Counted from the stretch's first letter, positions 1 to 10,934 are shown. The stretch: DNA of 54,964 nt from Candidatus Thalassarchaeum betae (GCA_003193925.1 PSPG01000011.1:1-54964), one strand, 5' to 3'. Notes: generated by a model from the sequence alone, not told the origin. Made by a program: numbers and translations.

Positions 1-2
1 TT

Positions 3-912
3 ATCGGAGTATTTCGCCTCTCCAATAATAAACTTGCATCAGGCCTAGCCACAACTTTCGTCGAATTCTTCAGGAATATGCCTCTAGTTGCCCTGCTCTT
101 CATGAGCGTCATCGTTTTTGGCAAATCGATGCCATTGCTCTCTACTGAACATAATCTGTTCGGGCTGATATTTTACAGCAACAGAGCGGTCTATGTTCCT
201 GCTGTAGTTCTTGAGAATCTTGGAATGCTTATTCTCGGCATAATCATCTATCTCGTAGCGAAGCGTTACACGAAGCATCTCGATGCCGATGGATTTGACG
301 ATTCAAATGAAGGATTTTACCGAAGAATAGGATTCTGGGCTGGTATCGGTTCTGTTCAATCCCTTCGCTTCAGTCTTGGGTTCGATTCTAGAACCATTAG
401 GCCTGTCTGCCTTTTCGATAAGCATCCCCGAGATCGATAAATATCGTGGCTTCGATGACATACGACCTACTGGGGCTTGGATCTATGTCGGGGGCATGGT
501 GATCACTCCTCCATTCTTGACTCTGATGATCGGGCTCACGCTCTACACCAGCGCACTCATTGCTGAGATAGTCCGTGGTAGTATACAAGCACTTGACCGT
601 GGTCAAGTGGAGGCTGCTATCTCTCTCGCCTTGACTCCTTTCCAGCGCCTCCGTTTGGTGATCCTCCCTCAGGCTCTGCGCAGCATGATTCCCTTGATGA
701 CGAATCAATATCTGAACATTTGGAAAAACTCTAGCTTGGCTCTGGTCGTTGGTTACAGTGATTTCTTCTCGATCCTCTGGACCATTGTCAACAAGGAAGG
801 CCAAGGCGTACCTGTGTTCATGATCATTCTGCTGACTTATCAATGTGGGAGTCTGCTCATGTCTGCAATAATGAATTCCTACAACCGTAAGGTTACGAGG
901 GTGAAGATATGA
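3..912 (+). CDS. Polar amino-acid ABC transporter permease (AapQ/BztB-like), 5'-truncated by window edge, with an apparent frameshift at about 331-440
   Basis: Frame 3 from nt 3 reads IGVFRLSNNKLASGLATTFVEFFRNMPL (typical permease N-part). The C-part with the EAA loop (AEIVRGSIQALDRGQVEAAISLAL) is in frame 1 (ORF 376..912). Confidence 0.8.
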
Positions 913-2396
913 TTGAGGCATGGAAAGCGAACCCCGATCTCGCCCGCAGGAGGTTGATTGACAACCTCGTCGGTAAGCCTCCAGCATACCTCGCCGATAG
1001 AGGCGAGAAAGCCTCATTCTTCCTATCGATATTCCTTGGTCTAGCAGCTGGCGTATTGAGTGTGAAAAACATCTTCGACAGATATGGCGGTGGAGAAACA
1101 CCTCTGATTAACCTCCTATTATATTCAACGATGATGTTCATATCGTCTTCGATTCTCGTCATGGTTATCACGTTGGCCGTAACGCGGGGGAGCATCTTCC
1201 TCGGTCGCCCAAATGCCATTACCAGTGTCATCTCAGTTCTGGTTTTACAGAATGTAGTAGAAGCCGTCGGCGGCTTCGTCCTCATCTCTGCTAATTGGGA
1301 TGTCATCTGGGCAAATCGTCAATTGTTGATGTTTGGTCCACATTTGACAAGTCATCCAGAAGAATTATGGCGATTTTGGCTAGTTGCTTTCCTTATTGGT
1401 GGCGCTTATGGTAGCCTAGGTGAATCCCGTCTGAAATTCCTCATTCCTTTCACTCTTTTCGCATTGATATCTCTCCTCATTCTCTACAATCCGAATCATC
1501 GAGGCTACGACTACGAATCCACCATGGTCAAGTTGTCAATGGCATTTGCGGTAACCTACATCTCTTTCCTCATCACTCATAAAAAATTAACAGGTGCTGA
1601 TGAATATTTGATTGTCAGATTCCACCGTTGGCTGACGATTACCGCGGTAATCACATTCTTTGTTGCTCTATTCACACTCGACCCACCTGGTGATGATATC
1701 ACGTTCGCTTCGATGGAAATTACTGGCGTTCCACCCTCTCTATGGGGTGGATTCGTGATGAATGTCCTCGTTGCCACAGCTGGTTGTGTTCTTGGTTTTG
1801 GACTTGGGATCGTCCTCGCTTTTGGTCGGCGAAGCAATTTGGCGGCGTACCGATACCCGAGTACTGCAATCATAGAATTGATACGCTCAGGACCTTTGGT
1901 TGCTTGGTTATTCATCGCATTTATTCTGTTACCCGATGTACTGAATCCAATTTGGGAATCCGATGTTGTTATGAGAATGATTCTGATTATCTCGATCTTT
2001 GGTGGTTGCTATGGCGCAGAGATCATTCGCGGTGGCTTGCAAGCGGTACCATCCGGCCAAATCGAAGCAGCCACCGCTCTTGGTTTGAGCAACATGCAGA
2101 CGAAATTACTCGTCGAATTACCAAATGCAATCAGAACCACTCTACCAACAATTGTCAGTCTTTTCATCGGTCTATGGAAGGACACTACTCTCCTTTATCT
2201 GCTAGGTGTTCATGAAATGTTCAATCTCTCAACCCTAGCGCTCACACAACAGAAGGAATTCCTAGGTTTAACACGCGAAACTCTAGTTTTCGCTGGAATG
2301 GCATTTTGGATTATTGCCTTCTATCTATCACGCATCTCACTCCGAATCGAGTCCGGTTTAGGGCTTGGTCATGAGGGTGGAGGCGAAGCAACATGA
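909..2396 (+). CDS. Polar amino-acid ABC transporter permease (AapM/BztC-like)
   Basis: Multi-TM protein with IELIRSGPL and EAA loop [28 protein letters not shown] overlaps with both neighbours. Confidence 0.9.
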   Translation: MIEAWKANPDLARRRLIDNLVGKPPAYLADRGEKASFFLSIFLGLAAGVLSVKNIFDRYGGGETPLINLLLYSTMMFISSSILVMVITLAVTRGSIFLGRPNAITSVISVLVLQNVVEAVGGFVLISANWDVIWANRQLLMFGPHLTSHPEELWRFWLVAFLIGGAYGSLGESRLKFLIPFTLFALISLLILYNPNHRGYDYESTMVKLSMAFAVTYISFLITHKKLTGADEYLIVRFHRWLTITAVITFFVALFTLDPPGDDITFASMEITGVPPSLWGGFVMNVLVATAGCVLGFGLGIVLAFGRRSNLAAYRYPSTAIIELIRSGPLVAWLFIAFILLPDVLNPIWESDVVMRMILIISIFGGCYGAEIIRGGLQAVPSGQIEAATALGLSNMQTKLLVELPNAIRTTLPTIVSLFIGLWKDTTLLYLLGVHEMFNLSTLALTQQKEFLGLTRETLVFAGMAFWIIAFYLSRISLRIESGLGLGHEGGGEAT

Positions 2397-3139
2397 GTGA
2401 AGAAGAAGTGATTATTGATGCAAAAGGCGTAAGGGTTAATTTCGGTGATTTTTGGGCATTGAAAGGAATTGATATCGAAGTGAAGAAAGGTGAGATTATC
2501 GTTATTCTCGGGCCGTCAGGATCTGGTAAGTCCACATTCATTCGTACATTGAATCGTCTCCAGCCACATAGTGGGGGTACTATCGTTATCGATGGGATCA
2601 CAATCGATGAGGAAACCAGTATCGCGGACATGAAGTATGTTCGTTCCGAGATTGGTATGGTATTCCAGCTATTCAATCTCTTTCCGCACTTGACCGTCCT
2701 TGAGAATATTACTCTAGCTCCTATGAAGGCGAAGGGGATGACTCGCGAAGAAGCCGAAAAAATTGCTCATAAGTTGCTTGAGCGCGTAGGGATTCCTGAA
2801 CAACATCACAAGTTCCCGAGTGCACTATCCGGCGGTCAACAGCAGCGCGTAGCAATCGCGCGCGCGCTGGCCATGGACCCGAAGATAATGCTCTTCGACG
2901 AGCCGACCTCCGCCCTCGACCCCGAGATGATCAAGGAGGTTCTCGATGTGATGATTGACCTCGCGAAGCGCGACATCACGATGATCGTCGTGACCCATGA
3001 GATGGGCTTCGCCAAGGAGGTCTGTGACCGAGTCATCCTGTTCGACGAGGGCGAGCTGGTCGAGCAGAACACCCCCGCCGAATTCTTCGATAACCCGCAG
3101 CACAAGCGCACCAAGCTGTTCCTAGAGCAGATCCTCTGA
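2393..3139 (+). CDS. Polar amino-acid ABC transporter ATP-binding protein (GlnQ/AapP family)
   Basis: Walker [22 protein letters not shown], signature [15 protein letters not shown], Walker [14 protein letters not shown]-loop VTHEMGFA. Confidence 0.95.
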   Translation: MSEEEVIIDAKGVRVNFGDFWALKGIDIEVKKGEIIVILGPSGSGKSTFIRTLNRLQPHSGGTIVIDGITIDEETSIADMKYVRSEIGMVFQLFNLFPHLTVLENITLAPMKAKGMTREEAEKIAHKLLERVGIPEQHHKFPSALSGGQQQRVAIARALAMDPKIMLFDEPTSALDPEMIKEVLDVMIDLAKRDITMIVVTHEMGFAKEVCDRVILFDEGELVEQNTPAEFFDNPQHKRTKLFLEQIL

Positions 3140-3203
3140 TTTCTCCGGGGCTTCCCTCTGGCTGGGCGCTACCCTATTGAGCCGCCATGGCAGGCCCTGT
3201 GCC

Positions 3204-4088
3204 ATGAGTTGCCTCAGTGAGCTGCCGAACAACGTCGAGCCGACCTACGCCTGCGCCTCGGAATTAATGGGGACGGGGCCGGTTTCTGCGCTGCTGATAA
3301 TCGTCATCGGAATCCCCCTCATCAAAATCGCCAAGAGATACCTCAGGAAGCTGTTCGACAGGACCGACTTCGACGAAGGGCTCGAGAACTTCATGTTCCG
3401 CATCGCCGGAGTCACGATGTGGGCGCTAGTGATACTGACAGCCACGAGCGAGCTGGGCATCAACGTCACTGGGATCGTAGCCGCGCTCGGCATCTTCGGG
3501 CTTGCTGTCGCCTTCGCCGCCCAGGACACGATGGAGAACGTCATCGCTGGCATCTTCATCATTGTCGACAGGCCGTTCCGGGAAGGGGAGCGCATCCTGC
3601 TGCCCAAGAAACTGGGGGGCATCTACAGCAGCTGGGGCGACGTCAAGCAGATCGGCCTGCGGACCACGCACGTGCGTTCCACGGACGGGGTGATGCTGAC
3701 CATCCCGAACAAACTGCTGACCAAGGACCCCGTGGCGAACTTCAGCCATCGCAGCGACATGGCGCTGCGGGTGCGCATACGCATGGGGGTGGCTCCGACA
3801 TGGGCCAACGTCACCAAGGCACAGGAGATAGTCGAGGACATCGCCGCGAACCACCCCGACATCTGCCGTGAGCCGAAACCGCCCGAGGTGGTGCTCCGGG
3901 ATTTCGGACCGCACGAGGTGATTATGGAGATTCGCTACTATGTCGATAACGCGAGGAAGATGCGCCCCTCGAAGTCATTCTTCGTAACCGAGATACTCCG
4001 TCGCTTCGAGGAAGAGAGCGTCTCGCTGTCGCTCCCCGTCTTAGTCAACATGAACAGCGACGTCGATCTCGAGGACCTCGGTTTCTAG
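3204..4088 (+). CDS. mscS: Small-conductance mechanosensitive channel (MscS family)
   Basis: GIFGLAVAFAAQDTMENVIAGIFI, RPFREGERI, IGLRTT, TIPNKLL. Start at ATG 3204 is inferred. Confidence 0.9.
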   Translation: MSCLSELPNNVEPTYACASELMGTGPVSALLIIVIGIPLIKIAKRYLRKLFDRTDFDEGLENFMFRIAGVTMWALVILTATSELGINVTGIVAALGIFGLAVAFAAQDTMENVIAGIFIIVDRPFREGERILLPKKLGGIYSSWGDVKQIGLRTTHVRSTDGVMLTIPNKLLTKDPVANFSHRSDMALRVRIRMGVAPTWANVTKAQEIVEDIAANHPDICREPKPPEVVLRDFGPHEVIMEIRYYVDNARKMRPSKSFFVTEILRRFEEESVSLSLPVLVNMNSDVDLEDLGF

Positions 4089-4100
4089 GGGGAGTAGTAA

Positions 4101-4991
4101 TCAGGCGCGTATCCAGTGTGCCACCCCATCGTGGATGGTGCTGCGGAAGGTCAGTAGTCGCAATGTCGGCCCGCCAAGGTCGACAGTCACCCTCGCACCT
4201 CTGGTGAAGTGGGTCTCGTCCCAGCCGTCGCTGACGATGTAACCGCGGTGCATGTCGCTGGTCATCACAGTCGGCTCGCTGGTCCAGGCCCAGTACGAGC
4301 CGTCGTCCTCTCGCTCCTCGCGCGGTAGGTCCCTGGATACGAACAGGTACCACCCGTTTACCTCGTTCATCGGGAAGGCGGCCCCTTCGATGTCGACCAC
4401 GTGGCGGAACCAGGCTCCTTGGCCGAGGAAGGTGGAGAACAAGCAACCCGAGGACCTCTGGATGACATCGATCTCGCCGTAGTTGCCGTCGGGCACTCTC
4501 TGTAGCCTGTACCTCGATGGCTGGTACTGGTGGGTGTTGGCGATGATCAGGTCGTTGAGCGCCGGGTCCGAGAGGACCGTCTTGCCGCTGGTGGTGACGA
4601 TCTCGGCCTGCAGCCTAGGCAGGACGTTGACGATGGCCCCGCCGTCCAAGGCCGAGCGAACGTCATCGGCGAAGTGCTTCGGGTCGCTTCCCATGTAGAA
4701 GCCGTACGAGCCATCCTCGTCGTCGTCACGGGGATGGCTGTTGACGCCCATGACAGGGGTGTCCGAGTCTATCGAATGGGCGATCGAGGTGAGGGTGCCG
4801 TCGCCGCCGAGGATGATGACCAGGTCGCGTCCGACGAAGTCCTCCCTGTTGACTGTCTCGCGCGCCTTGTACGAGATGCTGGTGCCCCTGGCGCTGACCA
4901 GTTCATCGAGTGCGTCGCGCACCGTGGCCAGGGCCTTGTCGTGGACCTCCTCGAAGTTCTTCTTGTAGACCACGAGGACGTCTGGGGGCAT
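4101..4991 (-). CDS. NAD(+)/NADH kinase
   Basis: ILGGDGTL motif, PVMGVN, ALND motif. Start MPPDVLVV at 4991 is inferred. Confidence 0.8.
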   Translation of the reverse strand: MPPDVLVVYKKNFEEVHDKALATVRDALDELVSARGTSISYKARETVNREDFVGRDLVIILGGDGTLTSIAHSIDSDTPVMGVNSHPRDDDEDGSYGFYMGSDPKHFADDVRSALDGGAIVNVLPRLQAEIVTTSGKTVLSDPALNDLIIANTHQYQPSRYRLQRVPDGNYGEIDVIQRSSGCLFSTFLGQGAWFRHVVDIEGAAFPMNEVNGWYLFVSRDLPREEREDDGSYWAWTSEPTVMTSDMHRGYIVSDGWDETHFTRGARVTVDLGGPTLRLLTFRSTIHDGVAHWIRA

Positions 4992-5118
4992 TGCGGCACG
5001 CTCCTTCGCAGACTTCCCTCTGTGGATGTCCCATATAGGCGCGACGCACGGTGGAACGACCTGATTCAACTGACCGCTGTCGCATAGACTCATCACCCCC
5101 GCGCGCTCGCGGGAGGGC

Positions 5119-6186
5119 ATGAGAAGCGCGATATTGGCTGCACTGCTCGTCCTCGCTCCGCTCTCAACAGGCTGCCTCGTGGTCCCCATCGATCCTTGCC
5201 CTGAGGGAGACTGCTTCCCCTTGGGCTCGGCCGCGCTGTCTGAGCTTCTGTCGGGCCCAGACGCCTTCGACGTGCTTTCCTACGCCGAGGACTTCGAGCG
5301 GCTGAGGGTCGAGACCTCGACTGTCTATGAAAACCAGGGCCAGAGCGGAGAGATCCACTGGAGCGTGGCCAAGGACGACGATGCCCAACTGCGGTCTATC
5401 GCGATGAGGCTGACGATTGGGACCTCTACCATCGACACCGAGGTCATCGAGGGACAGCGGGCCACCAATGTCAGGATCGGCGACGACTGGTACGAGGGCC
5501 GCGACGCGATACCGCAGTACACGGACCCGTTCGAGGAGATAGCCAAACTCGCTTCGGAGCAGCCTAACGGCCTGTGGCCGCCGTTCGGCTTCGATACGGC
5601 CTCGATCGCAGACCTAGACTGGACCATCACCGGCGATCCCCTCTCCCTCCAGCAGATCGCCTCCGCCTCCAACGCGACCCACACCATCATCATCGAGCTG
5701 ATGGGCGCGCCCCCGATGATCACCGGCATCGAGACCTACTCCGGGGATGACCAGCAGTTCACCCTCAGGGTCACGACGGGGGATGCGGTGAGCCTAGCGC
5801 TGCAGGAAGGTCTGCCGCGCACCCCCATCGAGTTCAGCCTCGAGGCAGCTCCCCTCCAAGACGGCGACCTCACCGTCTGGGCAGGTGGAGTGCCCGAGGG
5901 TCTGACCGCGGAGGTCGACCCGGCCGAGTTGGAGTTCCACGGATTGTCGGGTACGGGGGAGGATGCGACTTCGGTCGCTTCGATGGCCTTCGATGTCGAG
6001 TACTCCAACGTCACACTGAACGACGGCACTTGGTGGGAGTTCTCGTGGTCCGACTACGTGGTGGACGGCTACGTCTCAGGAGGAGATTTCTACCAGATTC
6101 GCACTAACGCCACCGGGGAGTTGAACGTCGCGATATACGACCTCTGGGCGGAAGCGTGGACCGGCGGCCCGCTGCAGGGCTCCTGA
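5119..6186 (+). CDS. Hypothetical lipoprotein, acidic and probably extracellular
   Basis: Signal MRSAILAALLVLAPLSTG-C with a lipobox-like cysteine; acidic beta-rich body. Confidence 0.7.
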   Translation: MRSAILAALLVLAPLSTGCLVVPIDPCPEGDCFPLGSAALSELLSGPDAFDVLSYAEDFERLRVETSTVYENQGQSGEIHWSVAKDDDAQLRSIAMRLTIGTSTIDTEVIEGQRATNVRIGDDWYEGRDAIPQYTDPFEEIAKLASEQPNGLWPPFGFDTASIADLDWTITGDPLSLQQIASASNATHTIIIELMGAPPMITGIETYSGDDQQFTLRVTTGDAVSLALQEGLPRTPIEFSLEAAPLQDGDLTVWAGGVPEGLTAEVDPAELEFHGLSGTGEDATSVASMAFDVEYSNVTLNDGTWWEFSWSDYVVDGYVSGGDFYQIRTNATGELNVAIYDLWAEAWTGGPLQGS

Positions 6187-6238
6187 AGCCGCGGCATCCG
6201 ATGAGTATCTTGAAGCACCTGTTCTTCAAGGCGCCGGC

Positions 6239-8008
6239 ATGGCAGGGAGCAGCCATCCGCTGATGCGGCTTCTCTCGCAACTGAGGCACCACAGGAGCAC
6301 CGTTCTGCTTGCATCAATCTGCTCGGTCGTGAACAAGGTCTGGGACCTCGCCCCCCCTGTCCTCATCGGCATGGCCATCGATGTGGTGGCCGCTCAGGAG
6401 GATTCCTTCCTAGCTCAGTTCGGCTACCCCGACGTCTACGACCAGCTCTACATCCTCACCGGTATCACTGTCGTGATATGGGTCTTGGAATCGATCTTCC
6501 AGTACATCTACGCAGTGCTGTGGCGCAATTTGGCCCAGACCGCCCAGCACGAGCTTCGGATGTCGGCCTACACCCACATCCAGGACCTCGAGATGCAGTG
6601 GTACTCCGAGCAGTCCACAGGCAGCCTGATGGCGATATTGAACGACGATGTCAACCAACTCGAGCGCTTCCTAGACCAGGGCGCGACAGACCTTCTGCAC
6701 GTCGCCACCACAATCATCGTCGTCGGCGCGATAATGATCTCCGTAGCCCCCGAGGTGGCGCTGCTCGCGATTATGCCCGTGCCTATCATCGTCGCGGGCT
6801 CGTTCATCTACCAGCGCAGGATAGGCGCGCGCTACACCAAGGTACGCGGCAAGGTAGCAGATCTCAGCGCCCTGCTGAACAACAATCTGCACGGGATCAT
6901 GACGATCAAGTCGTTCACCGCTGAGGAGCGCGAAGTCGATCGGGTTAGTGACGCCTCGGTGTCCTACAGAGAGGCCAACCGCGATGCCATCCGCCTCTCG
7001 GCGTCCTTCGTGCCGATCATCAGGATGGCAATCCTCTTCGCCTTCACCGCCAATATGCTGGTGGGCGGCTGGTTCGCGCTCGATGGCCGAATCAGCCTCG
7101 GGGCCTATTCGGTCATCGTCTTCATCACCCAGCGGCTGCTGTGGCCGCTGACCAGGCTGGGCGAGACCTTCGATTTGTACCAGCGCGCGATGGCCTCGAC
7201 CACGCGCGTGCTCGACCTGCTCGACACTGAGATCGGGATAGTCGAGGGCGATACGGAACTCGATGTCGTGCGCGGTGAGATCCGCTTCAGCGAAGTCGGC
7301 TTCTCCTATCCCAACAGGGAGGTAGTGCTCCGGGGAGTCGACTTCGCAATACCCGCGGGCAGGACGGTCGGACTGGTCGGCTCGACGGGCTCGGGCAAGA
7401 CCACGCTCGTTCGCCTGCTGCTGAGATTCCACGACCCCGACACGGGGACCGTCAGCCTCGATGGCCATGACGTCAGAGAGTTGACTCTGGAATCGCTGCG
7501 CGGCTCCATCGCGCTGGTGAGCCAGACTACGACGCTATTCCCGGGCTCGGTGCGCGAGAACGTGCGCTACGGCGACCCACAGGCCAGTGACGAGGCGGTC
7601 GTCGAGGCTGCCCGGATCGCCGAGGCCCTCGGCTTCATAGAGGAGCTGCCCGACGGCTGGGAGACCGACATAGGCGAGGGCGGTCACAGGCTCTCCGGTG
7701 GCCAGCGCCAGAGGATCGCCATAGCCCGAGCGGTGCTGAAGGATGCGCCGGTGCTGGTGCTGGATGAAGCCACCAGCAACGTCGACAACGAGACCGAGGC
7801 GGCGCTCAAGCGCTCGATCGATAGGATCTCGGAGGGGCGCACCACGCTCATCATCGCGCACCGCCTGTCGACGGTGCGCAACGCGGACGTGATAGCCGTG
7901 ATTGGTGAAGGCCGCATCAGCGAGACCGGGACTCACGAGGAGCTGCTGGAGAGCAGCGGACTCTATTCGCGGCTCTGGGCCGTGCAGACCGGCGAGGTGA
8001 CGGCATGA
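6239..8008 (+). CDS. ABC exporter, fused permease/ATPase (MsbA/MdlB-like)
   Basis: N-terminal TM domain plus GSTGSGKTT, LSGGQRQRIAIARA, LDEATS, IAHRLST. Confidence 0.95.
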   Translation: MAGSSHPLMRLLSQLRHHRSTVLLASICSVVNKVWDLAPPVLIGMAIDVVAAQEDSFLAQFGYPDVYDQLYILTGITVVIWVLESIFQYIYAVLWRNLAQTAQHELRMSAYTHIQDLEMQWYSEQSTGSLMAILNDDVNQLERFLDQGATDLLHVATTIIVVGAIMISVAPEVALLAIMPVPIIVAGSFIYQRRIGARYTKVRGKVADLSALLNNNLHGIMTIKSFTAEEREVDRVSDASVSYREANRDAIRLSASFVPIIRMAILFAFTANMLVGGWFALDGRISLGAYSVIVFITQRLLWPLTRLGETFDLYQRAMASTTRVLDLLDTEIGIVEGDTELDVVRGEIRFSEVGFSYPNREVVLRGVDFAIPAGRTVGLVGSTGSGKTTLVRLLLRFHDPDTGTVSLDGHDVRELTLESLRGSIALVSQTTTLFPGSVRENVRYGDPQASDEAVVEAARIAEALGFIEELPDGWETDIGEGGHRLSGGQRQRIAIARAVLKDAPVLVLDEATSNVDNETEAALKRSIDRISEGRTTLIIAHRLSTVRNADVIAVIGEGRISETGTHEELLESSGLYSRLWAVQTGEVTA

Positions 8009-8093
8009 CGGACGAGATGAGCGCGTCGATCCTCGGGGGCCGGTCAGTACCCCCGGGGACAGGTTAATTCCCTACGCCCTTCTCGTAGTGCCG

Positions 8094-8438
8094 ATGGCGC
8101 GTGCAGACTCGCTCGTATGGTTCCTAGCCGGATTCACCCAGCTCTTCGTCGGCTCCTCACTGGCGGCCGACCCAACCTTGGCCACTCTCGGCATAATCCT
8201 CGAGTTGACGGGGGGCGGCTCCGTGCTACTCGGGCTCTACATGCTGTTATTCCTCGCGAGGTACCACAAGGAGTTCGAATCTTCCTACAGCAAGCTGGAG
8301 AAGACCACGATGGTGAGGAACGATCAAGGCATCCCCCATCGCGTTGACTCTGGCTCGAAGACGGTGAAGGCCGTGTGGTACGTCATTCCAGTATTACTGA
8401 CCTTCTTCGCGGCAGTGGGCTGGCTGGCGAACCAGTAG
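8094..8438 (+). CDS. Hypothetical membrane protein (about 3 TM)
   Basis: Hydrophobic segments, coding-like codon use, TTAAT box about 30 nt upstream of ATG 8094. Confidence 0.7.
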   Translation: MARADSLVWFLAGFTQLFVGSSLAADPTLATLGIILELTGGGSVLLGLYMLLFLARYHKEFESSYSKLEKTTMVRNDQGIPHRVDSGSKTVKAVWYVIPVLLTFFAAVGWLANQ

Positions 8439-8446
8439 GTGTTCGC

Positions 8447-8716
8447 ATGGCAAAGGCCAAACCCGGCCTCGACGAGATGGTCGACCGGGTGATTGACAAC
8501 CCGGCATACGACATGTTCGGGGGCTACCACTTGTTCCTGCGCAGGGTGACCATACCGATCATCCTGATTCTGATAGCCCTGATGGTGTACACCTACCTCT
8601 CCGGGTACCTCTCCGACGACCTCACTCTGATACTGACCGCTCTGGTGACTGGCCTGTCGGTAGGGCCGATTCTCGGCTTGGAGCGGTTTTTCGGAGAGCG
8701 AAGGCTCAGGAGTTGA
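8447..8716 (+). CDS. Small hypothetical membrane protein (2 TM)
   Basis: MAKAKPGLDEMVDRV... starts 8 nt after the previous stop; two hydrophobic helices. Confidence 0.7.
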   Translation: MAKAKPGLDEMVDRVIDNPAYDMFGGYHLFLRRVTIPIILILIALMVYTYLSGYLSDDLTLILTALVTGLSVGPILGLERFFGERRLRS

Positions 8717-8785
8717 CCCTCTCACCGGCTTTATTACTCAGCGCCGCCGAATGGGTAAAAGGGAGGGCCTCCCCTTGTCAACACG

Positions 8786-9388
8786 ATGGGCCTGCTCGAC
8801 TCGTTGGACATTTTCGAATTGCTGGGCTTCGGAGAAGCCACCGGACTGGAGCTGCTGTTCGCGGCATCGGCCTTGGTCGGAGGCATACTCTTCCTGCTCT
8901 GGTTCGCTCTGATGATGATCGGAGGATTCGCTGCCGACATCTTCGAGGGACTGCTCGGGATGGATGGCGTAGGCGACCTCGGTGCCGACGCTTCGTTCAA
9001 GGCGCTGACCTTCCAGGGGCTGATGGCCTTCCTGATGTTCTTCGGCCTCGCCGGTCTGTACACCCTCGAGTCGACGGAGACCCAGACTCTGGCAATCGCC
9101 GTCGGAGGTTTAGCCGGCTTCGGCTCGATGTACGGGACTGGAAAGCTGTTTCATCTCTTCATCGGGCTGCAGTCCGATGGCACCGTCGAGATATCGGAGG
9201 CCGTCGGGGCTACCGGCACCGTGTACCTGCGGATACCTCAAGACGGGGCCGGACAGGTGCAGGTCAACTTCGGCGGCAGCATGAGGACGATGAAAGCCAG
9301 ATCGCACGACGGCGCCGAGATCGGCAACGGCGAGCTCGTCGAAGTCCACGACACCGTGGGCCAGATTCTCGTCGTCAAAAGAAAGTGA
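8786..9388 (+). CDS. NfeD-like membrane protein (YuaF/YqiJ type, C-terminal OB fold)
   Basis: N-terminal TM helices then VGATGTVYLRIPQDGAGQVQV...GELVEVHDTVGQILVVK; directly upstream of a flotillin. Confidence 0.85.
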   Translation: MGLLDSLDIFELLGFGEATGLELLFAASALVGGILFLLWFALMMIGGFAADIFEGLLGMDGVGDLGADASFKALTFQGLMAFLMFFGLAGLYTLESTETQTLAIAVGGLAGFGSMYGTGKLFHLFIGLQSDGTVEISEAVGATGTVYLRIPQDGAGQVQVNFGGSMRTMKARSHDGAEIGNGELVEVHDTVGQILVVKRK

Positions 9389-9474
9389 GAATCCCCTCTG
9401 GAATTGATTTTCCACGGTACGCGGGGAAGCCTTCATGACCCCACACGCCCTCATAGGGCTAGAGGCGATGCTGG

Positions 9475-10878
9475 ATGGCTGAAGCTGGAGCACTTCTGAC
9501 GACGATGATATTTGCGACTGTACTGGTACTTGTGGCGGTGGTGATATTCTTCGCGCAACGGTACAGGAGATGCCCGCCTGACAAGGTGATGGTCATCTAC
9601 GGACGGACCCAAGCGGGTCGTCCATCGAAGACGATGCACGGCGGTGCGGCGCTGGTCTGGCCACTGATACAGGACTACGCGTTCCTGCCTCTGACGCCGA
9701 TTACCATCAACATCGACCTGAGACGCGCTCTGTCTCTCCAGAACATCAGGATCAACGTCCCCAGCACCTTCACCATCGGCATCAGCATCGAGGACAACAT
9801 CATGCAGAACGCCGCACAGAGGCTGCTCGGCCTGAAGATGATGGACATCGAGAAGATGGCGGAGGAGATCATCCTCGGCCAGCTCCGTCTGACCGTCGCC
9901 TCAATGACCATCGAGCAGATCAACCAAGACCGCGACAATTTCCTTGAGCGCATCAACCACAACGTGGAGAAGGAGCTCGAGAAGGTCGGCCTGAAACTCA
10001 TCAACGTGAACATCGTCGACATCACTGACGACTCCGACTACATCGAGAGCATCGGCAAGAAGGCGGCTGCTACCGCAGTCGAGAATGCCCGAGTCGATGT
10101 CGCCAACGCCGAGCGCGACGGTGCTATCGGTGCCGCAGAGGCGAACAGGACACGGGAGATCCAAGTTGCGCAGAACGTGGCCGAGGCCGCCAAGGGCTCG
10201 AAGGCCGCGGAGGCCGACAGGCGTGTCTACGTCGAGGGCCAGGAGGCGATCGCAGTCTCCGGCGAGAACATAGCACAGGCCGAGATCGCCAACGTCAACG
10301 CAGACCTCGCCGAGGCCGAGGCTGCTGCCAAGCAGAGGTCCGAAGTCGCTGATGCCGTCGCTGAGGCCGCAATCCAGCGCGCCCGCTACGTCGAAGAGGA
10401 GGAGCGCCTGAAGGCGAGCGACATCGTCCGAGAGAACATCCAGAAGCAGCAGATCGTGATCGCTGCCGACGCTGAGGCAGAGAGACAGCGCCGCGTCGCC
10501 GGTGGTGAGGCGGATGCCATTCTATTGGTCTACGAGGCCGAGGCCAAGGGTATCCAGAAGGTGCTCGACGCGAAGGCGAAGGGGTACGAGAACCTCGTCA
10601 ACAGCACAGCTGGCGACCCCAAGGCCGCCGCGACGCTGCTCATGGTCGAGAAGATCGAGAGCATGGTCGCAGCACAGGTCGAGGCGATCCGCAACCTCAA
10701 GATCGACAAGATCACGGTGTGGGACGGCGGTAACAACGCTGACGGCTCCTCGGCCACCAGCAACTTCGTGAGCAGCCTCGTGCAGAGCCTGCCGCCGATT
10801 CACGACGTAGCGAAGATGGCCGGAGTGGAACTGCCGGACTACCTAGGATCGATGTCAGACGATTCTGACAGCGAGTGA
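9475..10878 (+). CDS. Flotillin / SPFH-domain protein
   Basis: N-terminal TM, RYRRCPPDKVMVIYG, GGAALVWPLIQDY, SPFH core, long AEA-rich coiled coil, KIDKITVWD. Confidence 0.95.
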   Translation: MAEAGALLTTMIFATVLVLVAVVIFFAQRYRRCPPDKVMVIYGRTQAGRPSKTMHGGAALVWPLIQDYAFLPLTPITINIDLRRALSLQNIRINVPSTFTIGISIEDNIMQNAAQRLLGLKMMDIEKMAEEIILGQLRLTVASMTIEQINQDRDNFLERINHNVEKELEKVGLKLINVNIVDITDDSDYIESIGKKAAATAVENARVDVANAERDGAIGAAEANRTREIQVAQNVAEAAKGSKAAEADRRVYVEGQEAIAVSGENIAQAEIANVNADLAEAEAAAKQRSEVADAVAEAAIQRARYVEEEERLKASDIVRENIQKQQIVIAADAEAERQRRVAGGEADAILLVYEAEAKGIQKVLDAKAKGYENLVNSTAGDPKAAATLLMVEKIESMVAAQVEAIRNLKIDKITVWDGGNNADGSSATSNFVSSLVQSLPPIHDVAKMAGVELPDYLGSMSDDSDSE

Positions 10879-10934
10879 GCGACTGTCCCGCAGGGTACAG
10901 TCACGCTCATGAGGCGGCCCCCGATGGGACTTGC

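Noticed and set aside
8005-8067. 20-codon ORF (MTDEMSASILGGRSVPPGTG) overlapping the ABC exporter stop by ATGA
   Set aside because: No motif; it runs through a hairpin and the next promoter. Chance or a remnant.
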